From Macrostomum lignano (lineage: Eukaryota): DNA of 64,000 nt. The position numbers and the translations under genes are program-made. Shown here piece by piece: positions 1 to 11,797 of the stretch (position 1 is the first letter of the stretch; every line of letters starts with the position of its first letter). The notes below the pieces were generated by a model. That model was not told where the DNA came from. It searched no databases and worked only from the letters and a program-made list of their open reading frames with translations. The stretch covers positions 499,950 to 563,949 of the forward strand of contig NIVC01000506.1 of the NCBI GenBank assembly GCA_002269645.1, given 5' to 3'.

Positions 1-1411
1 TTCTGGCGTTACGAGCGTTGCATAAGTCCAAGCTTAGATCGTAAATAGCAGAGTTGATCTTTTGTTAAAGCCTTGGTAAAAATATCAGCGACCATCTCTT
101 GTGTTGGACAGTAGACGACTTTGATTGATCCATTGTGAGACGCTTCGTGAATGAAACGATGCTGAATGTCTGTGCTTTGTGCGCTTGTGTCCAACTGGGT
201 GGGTTCTTTGACATGGCTATAGTGCTTTGATTATCTTCGTCATCGACGCCAAATTTCTGGGAGTAACCTTTAGCGACTAGTCGACCCTTAAATCTTTCGA
301 TCTTTTTTTCACCATCATGTTTCACATCGAATATCCATCAGGTGCTCAGCTCAGGTGCTAGGAGCTGGTTCCACTATTTGTGTCTCCTTGTTTTCCTTAA
401 ACGCGCATGGCACAAATCGATTTCGAACATATGCCGCAGTGTTATTGTCTGGCGAGCGCCGGTAGGCTCCATTGGCCATTGGCTCCATTGGCTCTGCAAC
501 TCCATTTTGCTGGGGAATATGAGCCACAGACATCTCATGCTTGATACCTTGAGATTGCAGAAATTTCTCGAATACTTTTAACGTATACTCGCCCCCACCG
601 GCAGTGCCGCAAGACTTTTATACTTCTTCTCCCAGCTTCCTTTTCAACCATGCCTCTGAAGATTTTGAACTTTTCCAATACCTCCGATTTTTGCATTGAG
701 ACTCAAACTTCAACAGTAGCTCTAGTGAGCACGTCATGTGAACTTGTTGCCACCGAGTCGATGATCCAGTGGAATCCTTCTGAAGTTTCAATCGTTGAAG
801 AGCCTACAAATGTCGCTTCTTGATCATCCTCACTTTCTTCCTGCACTTCGATTTCCAATTCAACCGTCTTAACTCGATGGTAATGAGTTTTTCCGCCGCT
901 AGGGTTTCCAGACCGAGGAACGTGCATCTTGTCTGGCAATCTGCAGTTTTTGCTGCAGTGCCTACCTTGCCACAATTGAAACAACTGATTGCAGGTCTTT
1001 GGCTTTTGTTGGGCTTCCTGGATGCTTTTAATGCGGCTTCCGCACCGCGACTGGCACATGGGTTCCAGCATTGCCTTCCACTCTTTTCTGCTTCTAGTTA
1101 ATGAGTGCTTGCTAAATAACAACTTGGTCCTGTCACTCACCGTTGCATTGATGGAAACAAGCTTGTCAGTAAGCTCCTTCATGTATCGAATGTGTTCCTG
1201 AACTGCATGGTGTTCCGTCACTCATATGTAGTCGAAACAGTCTCTTCTTCCGGTAGATCTTGTTGGCTGTAGTGTCACGTTCGAAGTGTTCGCGCAGGGC
1301 CTCCCACATCCTCTTTGGGTCTTCTTCTTCCCATCGAACAGATTTCATATGGACCTTCCATGTCGTCCAGTTGTCGATCGGCAATTTGTCTACGGACAGT
1401 TGATCGTCCAT
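1..1411 (-). mobile_element. Degenerate, internally deleted Ty1/copia LTR retrotransposon (gag-PR-INT-RT-RH remnants)
   Basis: Minus-strand fragments in copia order: gag N-term (DKLPIDNWTTWKVHMK, 1166-1411), decayed zinc knuckle, protease WIIDSVATSH (~770), integrase (GGEY..F..FLQSQGIKHEMSVAHIPQQNGVAE, ~450-620), RT (IERFKGRLVAKGYSQKFGVD) fused to RH (EDNQSTIAMSKNP; HRFIHE..CPTQEMVADIFTKAL). Many frameshifts. Runs off the window start. Confidence 0.9.
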
Positions 1412-1456
1412 CTGCTCAACGGCAATCCGACTACCGATGAGGGTACCTCAAATAAG

Positions 1457-1879
1457 TATAGCTTTTGTCATGCTATCTCAGCCTAGGGACATCCAAACTC
1501 AGCCAGCCCCAACTCAGCAATGCGTTTTTTGGCTCGAGCTAGTCGAGTTTTACCATAGACATGCTTCTTGGGGCCATGCTATCTCAGCCTGGGACATGCA
1601 ATCTCAGCCAATATAGATTTCAATTGCAAACAGATCTCAATGCTATCATTTCTATAACGTGACATGAAATGGCAACAAACAGCAATGAATGAACGCAGCA
1701 AGAAAAGTCAGTAAGAATCTGAAAAGTGGCTGAGATTGCATGTCCCAGGCTGAGATAGCATGGCCTTAAGAAGCATGTCTATGGTAAAACTTGACTGGCT
1801 TACGTAAAAAATCGCACTGTTGAGATGGGCTGGCTGAGTTTGGATGTCTCTAGGCTGAGATAGCATGACAAATACTATA
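1457..1879. mobile_element. Foldback/MITE-like element with ~150-bp terminal inverted repeats
   Basis: 1457-1610 is the near-perfect reverse complement of 1727-1879 (tttgtcatgctatctcagcctag...gggacatgcaatctcagcca). Both ends are TATAG/CTATA, compatible with a TA target duplication. No coding capacity. Confidence 0.8.
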
Positions 1880-2449
1880 GTGACTTCTGGCGCAGCACAC
1901 TTCGCTAGCAGACAAGTAAAGACTATCATCTACCACAGCAGCCCTGCTGGGCCCTTAATCTGTTGTTTTTTTGTGAAGCAAAGTATTTCTCTAAATTTGC
2001 ATTTAGGTGAGAAAACGAACATTAGTAGTGTTAGGCTTTAACATTAGACTGAGATGACTAGGGGGACAAATTTGCGTCATAGACTATACTCTATTGAGCG
2101 AGAATCTTCAGCTATAGAAAATTCTAGTAGGGAAACACATTGTAGAACAGTGCATTACATTTTTAACATCGTCAACCTAAGTGACCTTGGGGGAATCCTC
2201 AAACTGAGTTACCTACCTAACTGAGTGGCTGAGAGCAGTCACGTGACTACTATTCCGTCCAATAGCGACTTACATGTGTGTGTTGCCAATAGAAACGGCC
2301 GGGTGAATCCCTAGGTTGCGCCCAAGCACGCTTCGTAACATCTTAATGACCTTGCTAGAATTCAAAACTGACCTTTCCTCTTTTCTTGGGAATCGGCAGA
2401 GCGGTTTTTATCCCTAATGCTGAATCCCCATCCGCTGTCATCTCCACAG

Positions 2450-3546
2450 GCCAGAGACCGACAGACCGACAGAACCAGAAAATATCCGGCTGTTTTGAAA
2501 TGCATCAAAAATTGCAACAAAGCCCATCAACCCATCGCCTTGGCAACCAACCAGCTGACACAGGCAACCAGTCGAATCACCTTGGCAACGAACCAGCTGA
2601 CAGAGGCAACCAGTCGAATCGCCTTGGAAACCAACCAGCTGACACAGGCAACCAGTCGAATCGCCTTGGAAACCAACCAGCTGACAGAGGCAACCAGTCG
2701 AATCGCCTTGGAAACCAACCAGCTGACACAGGCAACCAGTCGAATCACCTTGGCAACCAACCAGCTGACACAGGCAACCAGTCGAATCACCTTGGCAACC
2801 AACCAGCTGACACAGGCAACCACTCGAATCAGCTTGGCAACCAATCCAATTACCTTGGCAACCAATCGAGTCACCGTGAAATTCAATCGAATCACCTTGG
2901 CAACCAGCCAGATCTGGCAGACAATCCCCAGTTGCCGCGAGAGCCGCACAACAGCTCAAACGATCAGCCATCCAACCGAGTCCTGCTGGGCAGCCAGTCT
3001 CCGGGCTCTCAGTACTCGGTAAGTCGATCCAGAAGCAGGCCAAGTCAGCGCGGGCAGCGGGCTCAACTCCTTCAGGATGTGCGGCGTTCCATCCGCGATC
3101 ACCGGGCTTGCAGCTCCAGGCACCTGCAGCAGCAACAGCAGCAGCTGAACAACATCGCAGGCCTGCAATTCCAGGTCAGCGACACGAGGCAAAGCTTGAT
3201 GCAGCGAGCCAGGCATCGCAGCCTCCGCATGTTCTCCATCATTATCGCAGCCTTCGTGCTGCTCTGGTCGCCCTACTGGCTGCTGTACGTGGTCACCTGC
3301 GCGCACCACTTCGCCGAGGGCCGCTACCCGGAGCTCGTCGAAGTCCTCAGCCGTTTCGTCTTCTGCTTCGGGATGTGCGTCAGCGCCGTGAACCCCATCA
3401 TCTACGGCTCCTACGATAGGCAGTTCTGCTGCGTCAGCCGCCCGGCCATGCGCCCCACTGCGGCAGTGGCTGGCAGGCAGCGGCGAAATGACCAAGATGG
3501 CGTGTGCCTGCTGGGCGCGCGGCGGCACCTGCGGACGGCGGTTTAA
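2450..3546 (+). CDS. Terminal exon of a class A (rhodopsin-like) peptide GPCR: long ICL3, TM6, TM7, C-tail; resembles the GnRH/AKH/corazonin/vasopressin receptor group
   Basis: Acceptor tctccacag|g at 2449/2450. TM6 SLRMFSIIIAAFVLLWSPYWLLYVV (WxP motif), TM7 FVFCFGMCVSAVNPIIYG (NPxxY), then a Cys pair. TM1-5 exons are not in the window. Confidence 0.85.
2539..2900 (+). repeat. 42-bp coding minisatellite (LGNQPADTGNQSNH)n in the GPCR ICL3
   Basis: About 7-8 copies of cttggcaaccaaccagctgacacaggcaaccagtcgaatcac, degenerating at the 3-prime end; in frame with TM6. Confidence 0.9.
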
Positions 3547-3815
3547 CAATAATAACTTTAGTAACTGAGGCAGTAGTGTGGAATTACAGGAGTGAGCTAG
3601 GCTGACAATATTTATTAGCTCGTAGTTTAGCAATGTCTTGTCTGTGTTTTTTGAACATCTGTTTTAATCCTCAATGTGTTAATCCCACCCTAGTTGAAAA
3701 TGATTAAAATGTGTAAGCCAGTCTTTTCGGCATAAGCCCTTTAATCTCGACCACCCGAATCATAAAAAAAATTATCATGGCTTTTTTTCCTGGCGGGCCA
3801 ATATCTGCTAGCTAT

Positions 3816-3886
<71 letters not shown>

Positions 3887-3895
3887 TTTAGTTAT

Positions 3896-3942
<47 letters not shown>

Positions 3943-4112
3943 TTTTAGTTAGTTAGTTAGTTAATTAGTTAGTTAGTTAGTAATTTTAGTTAGTTAGTTA
4001 GTTAATTAATTAGTTAGTTAGTTAGTTAGTTAGTTTAGTTAGTTAGTTAGTTAGTTAGTTATTTTAGTTAGTTAGTTAGTTAATTAATTAGTTAGTTAGT
4101 TAGTTAGTTAGT

Positions 4113-4146
<34 letters not shown>

Positions 4147-4189
4147 GATCAGTTAGTTAGTTAGTTAGCTAGTTAGTTAGTTAGTTAGC

Positions 4190-4283
<94 letters not shown>

Positions 4284-4507
4284 GTTAGTTAGTTAGTTAG
4301 TTAGTTAGTTATTTTAGTTAGTTAGTTAGTTAATTAATTAGTTAGTTAGTTAGTTAGTTAGTTAGTCAGTTAGTTAGTTAGTTTAGTTAGTTAGTTAGTT
4401 AGTTAGTTAGTTGGTTAGTTAGTTAGTTAGTTAGCTAGTTAGTTAGTTAGTTAATTAGTTAGTTAGTTAGTTAGTTAGTTATTTTAGTTAGTTAGTTAGT
4501 TAATTAA

Positions 4508-4544
<37 letters not shown>

Positions 4545-4560
4545 CAGTTAGTTAGTTAGT

Positions 4561-4594
<34 letters not shown>

Positions 4595-4640
4595 GGTTAG
4601 TTAGTTAGTTAGTTAGTTGGTTAGTTGGTTAGTTAGTCAG
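3816..4640. repeat. (TTAG)n microsatellite
   Basis: Directly visible tetranucleotide array with interruptions. Confidence 0.98.
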
Positions 4641-5479
4641 TTTGAAATTCGAAAGCTTTAACTTACCAGCATTTACCAGCACAATGCTACTATTAGTAGC
4701 GCATAGAGCCTCAAGTTAAAATTAAATCAAATGATATCTTCACCATCTAGAAGCCGGTCAAAGATATTCCAGCTAAATCCTTCATAAGAAAATATACCCA
4801 GAAGCGAATCCAATTCAAAATGCAATTTTGCGTGAACTTCGCTCGTCGGATCATTTCCAGTCAGTCATAAATTTATCTTTCACACTTTAAACAGTCATGA
4901 GCTGCCTAGCAGTCCCTGCCCAGCGGTCCCTGCTCAGCAGTCCTTGCTCAGAGAAGATCAGTTTCAATCCAATTTGCTAATTCATAACGAACAGCGCATT
5001 GCCAAATGGCGTCAGGAAATGCTTGGAGACGCAGCAGGCAGGGGCTCGCAAGGGCAGCTCGTCCGCCCCTGTCACCGCTCCGCGAAGGAATCCTTTTGCA
5101 GTCGTGGCGCCCCGTCTCCAACTGCGAATTCGGGGGGGGGGGGTCTAAAATGAAAAAACGAAGAGCCGGGGAGAGTCTGCATAGCCGGGCCTCATCTGGC
5201 ATCATCGTCCCCGCAGCCATTCAACACAAGAAGGCACTCAGGCCAATGTTAACAAGGCCAGTCAGGCCATTTCCGGCTTAGCTGGGCGAGTCGGGGGTCG
5301 GGGAGGTTCTGAAAATTCGGTTTGCCCAAACTCCAGCGATGACATGAGGGGGGATTTGATCCGAATCTGTTTTGAGCAGTTTAGCCTAGCCTAATTCTGT
5401 TTGGATGCATTCCTCGTCTGACTGGGAATGAGAGTTGTTTGAGTTTGATGAAAATCTCACAGATGATCTCATTGATCGT

Positions 5480-7035
5480 TGATAATCCACTGTAAATCCC
5501 TCCGATAACCCGCTGTAAATCTCTCCGATAATCCGCTGTAAATCTCTCCGATAGTCCACTGTAAATCCCTCCGATAACCCGCTGTAAATCTCTCCGATAG
5601 TCCACTGTAAATCTCTCCGATAGTCCACTGTAAATCTCTCCGATAATCCACTGTAAATCTTTCCGATAATCCGCTGTAAATCTCTCCGATAATCCACTGT
5701 AAATCTTTCCGATAATCCGCTGTAAATCTCTCCGATAGTCCACTGTAAATCTCTCCGATAATCCACTGTAAATCTTTCCGATAATCCGCTGTAAATCTCT
5801 CCGATAATCCACTGTAAATCCCTTCGATAATCCACTGTAAATCCCTTCGATAATCCACTGTAAATCTCTCCGATAGTCCACTGTAAATCTCTCCGATAAT
5901 CCACTGTAAATCTTTCCGATAATCCGCTGTAAATCTCTCCGATAATCCACTGTAAATCCCTTCGATAATCCACTGTAAATCTCTCCGATAGTCCACTGTA
6001 AATCTTTCCGATAATCCACTGTAAATCTTTCCGATAGTCCATTGTAAATCTCCCCGATAGTCCACTGTAAATATTACTGATAATTCGCTGTAAATCTCTC
6101 CGATAATCCACTGTAAATCTCTCCTATAGTCCACTGTAAATCTCTCCGATAATCCGCTGTAAATCTTTCCGATAATCCACTGTAAATCTCTCCGATAATC
6201 CGCTGTAAATCCCTTCGATAATCCACTGTAAATCCCTTCGATAATCCACTGTAAATCTCTCCGATAGTCCACTGTAAATCTCTCCGATAATCCACTGTAA
6301 ATCTTTCCGATAATCCGCTGTAAATCTCTCCGATAATCCACTGTAAATCCCTTCGATAATCCACTGTAAATCTCTCCGATAACCCGCTGTAAATCTCTCC
6401 GATAGTCCACTGTAAATATTACTGATAATTCGCTGTAAATCTCTCCGATAATCCACTGTAAATCTCTCCGATAGTCCACTGTAAATCTTTCCGATAATCC
6501 ACTGTAAATCTCTCCGATAATCCGCTGTAAATCTTTCCGATAATCCGCTGTAAATCCCTTCGATAATCCACTGTAAATCTCTCCGATAATCCACTGTAAA
6601 TCTTTCCGATAATCCGCTGTAAATCTCTCCGATAGTCCACTGTAAATCTCCCCGATAGTCCACTGTAAATATTACTGATAATTCGCTGTAAATCTCTCCG
6701 ATAGTCCACTGCAAATCTCTCCGATAGTCCACTGTAAATCTCTCCGATAGTCCACTGTAAATCTCCCCGATAGTCCACTGTAAATCTCTCCGATAGTCCA
6801 CTGTAAATCTCTCCGATAGTCCACTGTAAATCTCCCCGATAATCCACTGTAAATCTCCCCGATAGTCCACTGTAAATCTCTCCGATAATCCACTGTAAAT
6901 CTCTCCGATAGTCCACTGTAAATCTCTCCGATAGTCCACTGTAAATCTCCCCGATAGTCCACTGTAAATCTCTCCGATAGTCCACTGTAAATCTCTCCTA
7001 TAATTGGCTGTAAATCTCTCCGATAATCTCCTATT
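5480..7035. repeat. 23-bp minisatellite (ataatccactgtaaatctctccg)n
   Basis: About 65-70 copies; the 23-aa periodic pseudo-ORFs correspond to 3 x 23 nt. Confidence 0.95.
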
Positions 7036-7084
7036 AATCTCTCTAAATTTACTCTCGCTAAGATCGCTTAGATAATTTGAAGAG

Positions 7085-7890
7085 CAGGTCCGCTGACGGA
7101 CTCGCTCGAACAGCAGGTCGATGCGGCGCACGCTGGCCTGCTGCGCGCCTTTACCTTCAAGATCGGCTACGAGCGAGTCACCAATGCGGCACTCTGTCGC
7201 CGCACCGGCCTGTCCCATCCCAGCGAACTGTTAAGCCATCGGCGAATCCAGCTGGTAGACGAAATCCTACTGGTAGAGTCCAACTCCCCGCTGCCGATGC
7301 AGGAGGTGCTGCTGCCCCTCACCGCGCCTCTCGCCATGCTGCAGGGACATCTGGCCACTGCGACCTGCGGCTCAAAGACCTGGCAGGCAGCACAGCGCGC
7401 GACGCGGCTCGGCTCCCTCAAGCGGACGCTCCACTGGACCTTCGCAGCACCCGGTCGGCCATCGCCTTGCTGGTAGCCTCGGACCTCCACCAGGCCTACG
7501 CCAATGACCAACACTGCGCGACGCATCGCTCTGCCACACATGGGAGGCCACCGAAACGCCTACCGCCGGGCTCCGGCCGCAAAGTCCAAGTGACCCTGGC
7601 CCAGCTCCGCACCGGCCACTGCCCAGCATGCGGCAATGCCGAGGAGGACCTCGAACACCTCATCATCCAATGCCCGACACACGCAGACACCCGGGCGGTG
7701 GTCCTGTGACCAAACCCGACGCTGCCAGTCATCGCAGACGACGGCCCCCGTGTGCTCGAGTATCTCCAGAGGAGAGGGGAGCAGAGGCGCCCCCGGACTA
7801 GCTCTGGCCGGGAACCACCACCACCACCACCACTCGGCGTTTCGTCGACTGCCTGCTGGCTGACGCCGGCGCCAGCAGTGTGGCCTACGT
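7085..7890 (+). mobile_element. 3-prime fragment of an RTE-like LINE, split by a nested LINE end
   Basis: 7085-7314 and 7832-7890 align by eye to the RTE copy at ~36520-36870 (gctggcctgctgcgcgcc..ttcaagatcgg..gagcgagtcaccaa; actcggcg..cgtcgactg.ctgctggctgacgccggcgcc). Confidence 0.8.
7315..7833 (+). mobile_element. 5-prime-truncated I/Jockey-type LINE end (RNase H tail plus CCHC finger) with (ACC)n tail
   Basis: GHCDL...; QVTLAQLRTGH CPACGNAEEDLEHLIIQCP (C-x2-C-x8-H-x4-C); ends in accaccaccacc at 7814-7833. Confidence 0.7.
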
Positions 7891-7896
7891 TCGTGC

Positions 7897-8058
7897 CCAT
7901 TGATCTCATTGATCCCATTGATCCCATTGATCCCATTGATCCCATTGATCTCATTGATCCCATTGATCCCATTGATCCCCTTGATCTCATTGATCTCATT
8001 GATCCCATTGATCTCATTGATCCCATTGATCCCATTGATCCCATTGATCCCCTTGATC
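7897..8058. repeat. 9-bp minisatellite (attgatccc)n
   Basis: About 18 copies, directly visible. Confidence 0.95.
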
Positions 8059-8624
8059 AGATTGAAGACTCCAGCCTCACTGCAATTTTGAGCACCTTCA
8101 ACAACATTGGGATAAACTTAGTCTAAGCAATCTCCTTAATAAAGTACACGGGCACTTTTCAATCCCCAGCCTCTCTGCTGCATCAGTATTAAAAATCGCC
8201 CGAGCACTTTAATCGGCCGCAGCAGTTTATAAACTGGCCGAAATATTGTTTCCAAAGCCGAAATTTTCATTTTGAAAGCCTCTGCTATTCGTCTTTGCTG
8301 AAAGTGCAGCTGAAGAAATTTTTCCTCAATCTGGGGAGCCGGGATGCCCGGCTGGGTAAATAAGGCCGATTGGGATTAGCATATTGCTGCGGCAGGAGCG
8401 GCCGCCACCCGCAATTTTGCTTTGAACAAATTGCCACCAATGCGGCCTTCGCTGAGCGGCCTGTGGGGAATTCCGGCTCCGCCTGGCTCGGGTTGCGGAG
8501 CCAAGTTTGAGGGGCCGGGACTGGGCTGCCGAGCTGCCGCAAGAGGCCTCGAAAGTTTAAAAAAATATACTGTTAACCTGGGAAGCGCATGTATACAGAT
8601 AGATATGAGATTAGAGAATACTCA

Positions 8625-9405
8625 ATAGAGATAAGAAATGGGAAATCCTAATTACAGGTGACTAATTAGAGATACGAGATGGGAGACCCTGATTACAGAT
8701 GACTAATTAGAGATAAGAGATGGGAAATCCTAATTACAGATGACTAATTAGAATTAAGAGACCGGAAATCCTAATTACAGATGACTAATTAGAGATAAGA
8801 AATGGGAAATCCTAATTACAGATGACTCATTAGAGATAAGAGATGGGAAATCCTAATTACAGATGACTAATTAGAGATAAGAGATGGGAAATCCTAATTA
8901 CAGATGACTAATTAGAGATAAGAGACCGGAAATCCTAATTACAGGTGACTAATTAGAGATAAAAAATGGGAAATCCTAATTACAGATGACTAATTAGAGA
9001 TAAGAGATGGAAAATCCTAATTACAGATGACTAATTAGAAATAAGAGACGGGAGACCCTAATTACAGATGACTCATTAGAATTAAGAGACAGGAAATCCT
9101 AATTACAGACGACTCATTAGAGATAAGAGATGGAAAATCCTAATTACAGATGACTAATTAGAAATAAGAGACGGGAGACCCTAATTACAGATGACTCATT
9201 AGAATTAAGAGACAGGAAATCCTAATTACAGACGACTCATTAGAGATAAGAGACGGGGGACCCTAATTACAGATGACTAATTAGAGATAAGAGACGGGGG
9301 ACCCTAATTACAGATGACTAATTAGAGATACGAGACGGGAGACCCTGATTACAGATGACTAATTAGAGATAAGAGATGGGAAATCCTAATTATAGACGAC
9401 TCATT
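8625..9405. repeat. 41-bp minisatellite (ctaattacagatgactaattagagataagagatgggaaatc)n
   Basis: About 19 copies; period measured from 8771 to 8812. Confidence 0.95.
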
Positions 9406-9967
9406 AGAAATAAGGGACGGGCGATCCTGTCTTGAGTTAATAGATTATAAATTAGGCGAACAGTTGCACAAACTTTGTGCCCAGAGGCTTCGGCCCTTGG
9501 ATTTTCATTTCGAATCGAATCCGAGGTCTTTGGCGCGTGGAAAAGAGATAAAGAAGAGCTTGCAGTGCCGCAGTCAGGCATCGGTGAGTCTCATTGCCAG
9601 AAAACAGAGCTGCCAAAGTGACAGGCCGCCGACAGTGGAGAGCAGAGGTTTGCGCTTACCTCGGCAGCGGCCGCAGCAGACCTCCACCAGCTCCCCATTT
9701 AATTTTGAGCAAGGCGGGATTGCGGCCTCCGCCCTCCGGGAGCGGTCGATGAGGAGCCGGCGGGTGGGTTGACGGCCGTGATGACGGCTGCCGCTCCGCA
9801 CGGCCACCGCCCCCCCGCCTCGCGAACCCATGATAATGAAGTCCTCGCGCTGGCGGGTCAGCGGCTCTTCAAAATTTATTCCGGTAATCACCGGTGGGGC
9901 CCACAGATGCGGAATGGGGGCGTGCGGAGACTGACTGAGTGAGGGAGAGCGGATTGAACTGCTTGAA

Positions 9968-9990
9968 CAGACTGACCCATAGACAGACAG

Positions 9991-10023
<33 letters not shown>

Positions 10024-10050
10024 AAGACAGACAGACAGACAGACACACAG

Positions 10051-10092
<42 letters not shown>

Positions 10093-10097
10093 GGATG

Positions 10098-10129
<32 letters not shown>

Positions 10130-10130
10130 C

Positions 10131-10224
<94 letters not shown>

Positions 10225-10225
10225 C

Positions 10226-10323
<98 letters not shown>

Positions 10324-10400
10324 CGACACACAGACAGACAGACACTCTGACAGACTGACAGACAGACAGACAGACACTAAGACAGACAGACAGACAGACA
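9968..10400. repeat. (GACA)n microsatellite
   Basis: Directly visible. Confidence 0.98.
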
Positions 10401-11169
10401 GCCGATAGAGCTCAAAGGCCACGGTGGGTGGAAGCGAATGCAGGCCGAGGTGGTGGGTCGCAGATTTTTCCCGGACAGAAATCAATTCCCCAAGGAAATT
10501 TCGGCCGGTCGGAGCGCAGGAAGCACGGCAAAGCAGCAATTAAATTTTGCTGCTCCGGAACAGAGAACACAATATTTTTCCACACCTGCGAGTATCCAGC
10601 GTAATCAAGAGGTAGGTTGCTTCAAAATTCGGAAAACTTTGCGTCAAGAATCGCTCGTTGATTTTGCTTCTCTTCCGTTATTCCGCAACGGCCGAGGTGA
10701 ACCCGAAGTGTAGACGTGCACGTGCTCTGTCCTGTCTGTGAGCCAAGGTGTCTTGTTTGTTCAGATTTTTTGTCTTTCGCAGTTTCCTTAAACGTTTAAA
10801 GTTTTGCTTCAATAAATTTGCCTGCAAATTTTGGCTACGATGCACTCTTGCCTGTCTCCTTCCCCCGGTTGAAATTCTGAAACACTTCAAATTTCCAGAC
10901 TGCGCCCTGCGATCTGCCCGTAATGAGTCGGTTTTTTTAGGCCCAAAACAGAAACAGTTTTTCATGCTGGTTTCGTGGAATCCACGGCAAAATTTGATTG
11001 CAAAGAGAGGCTATTTTTAGCCTGATTTCGCAAAACTGCGCCACACTGATGGCGCGCTGATGCTGGTTGGAAAATCCAACCAAAAAAACTGCTGAATGAC
11101 AGACCTCTCGGGCCCACAAGAGAGCATTAGAGAACACCGCTTCTTTAGTCGCTTTTAGGCCACGCTCGA

Positions 11170-11493
11170 ATAATCTCACACTGCCGCAGTGATAATCTCA
11201 CACTGCCGCAGTGATAATCTCACACTGCCGCAGTGATAATCTCACACTGCCGCAGTGATAATCTCACACTGCCGCTGTGATAATCTCACACTGCCGCTCT
11301 GATACTCTCACTGCCGCTTTGATAATCTCACACTGCCGCTTTGATAATCTCACACTGCCGCTTTGATAATCTCACACTGCCGCTTTGATAATCTCACACT
11401 GCCGCTTTGATATTCTCCACACTGCCGCTTTGATAATCTCACACTGCCGCTTTGATAATCTTCACACTGCCGCTTTGAAAATCTCACACTGCC
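11170..11493. repeat. 22-bp minisatellite (ataatctcacactgccgctttg)n
   Basis: About 14-15 copies; period measured from 11171 to 11193. Confidence 0.95.
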
Positions 11494-11797
11494 GCTCCCG
11501 GCCAGTCTACCGGTCCCTGGCGCTCGCGGACAGGCGCACAGCCGGACAGCCAATGATTGAAACTGAAATCCCTGGCTGAAAACAGCGCCCGCCCACTTCT
11601 GCTTGTCTTCTTGCTGCTGCCGCCGCCGCCTTTGCTGCTGTCTGCTGCTTCTGCTTCCAAGGAAATTTCATTCGGATTTGCGAGTTTATCAAATTTTTCA
11701 AGTGAGTTGGTTGCTGATTTTGAGCGCTGTCTGACTGTATTGAACCGATTGGATCTTCAACCGTTTTAGAAGTGCATCCGGAGCTGACCGAACAGCC

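Noticed and set aside
3816-4640. Telomere-like repeat
   Set aside because: The unit is TTAG, not TTAGGG/TTAGG, and it is interstitial; an ordinary microsatellite.
5381-7218. Many overlapping repetitive ORFs (DYRRDLQW...)
   Set aside because: Translation of a 23-bp minisatellite in several frames; no start context or domain.
8625-9405. CRISPR-like appearance of this and other 20-41-bp arrays
   Set aside because: Units are contiguous with no unique spacers, no cas genes are present, and the context is eukaryotic.
11557-11769. Second signal-peptide-like ORF upstream of the neuropeptide
   Set aside because: The hydrophobicity comes from a low-complexity (gct/gcc) tract; there are no cleavage or amidation motifs, and it ends at the likely acceptor.
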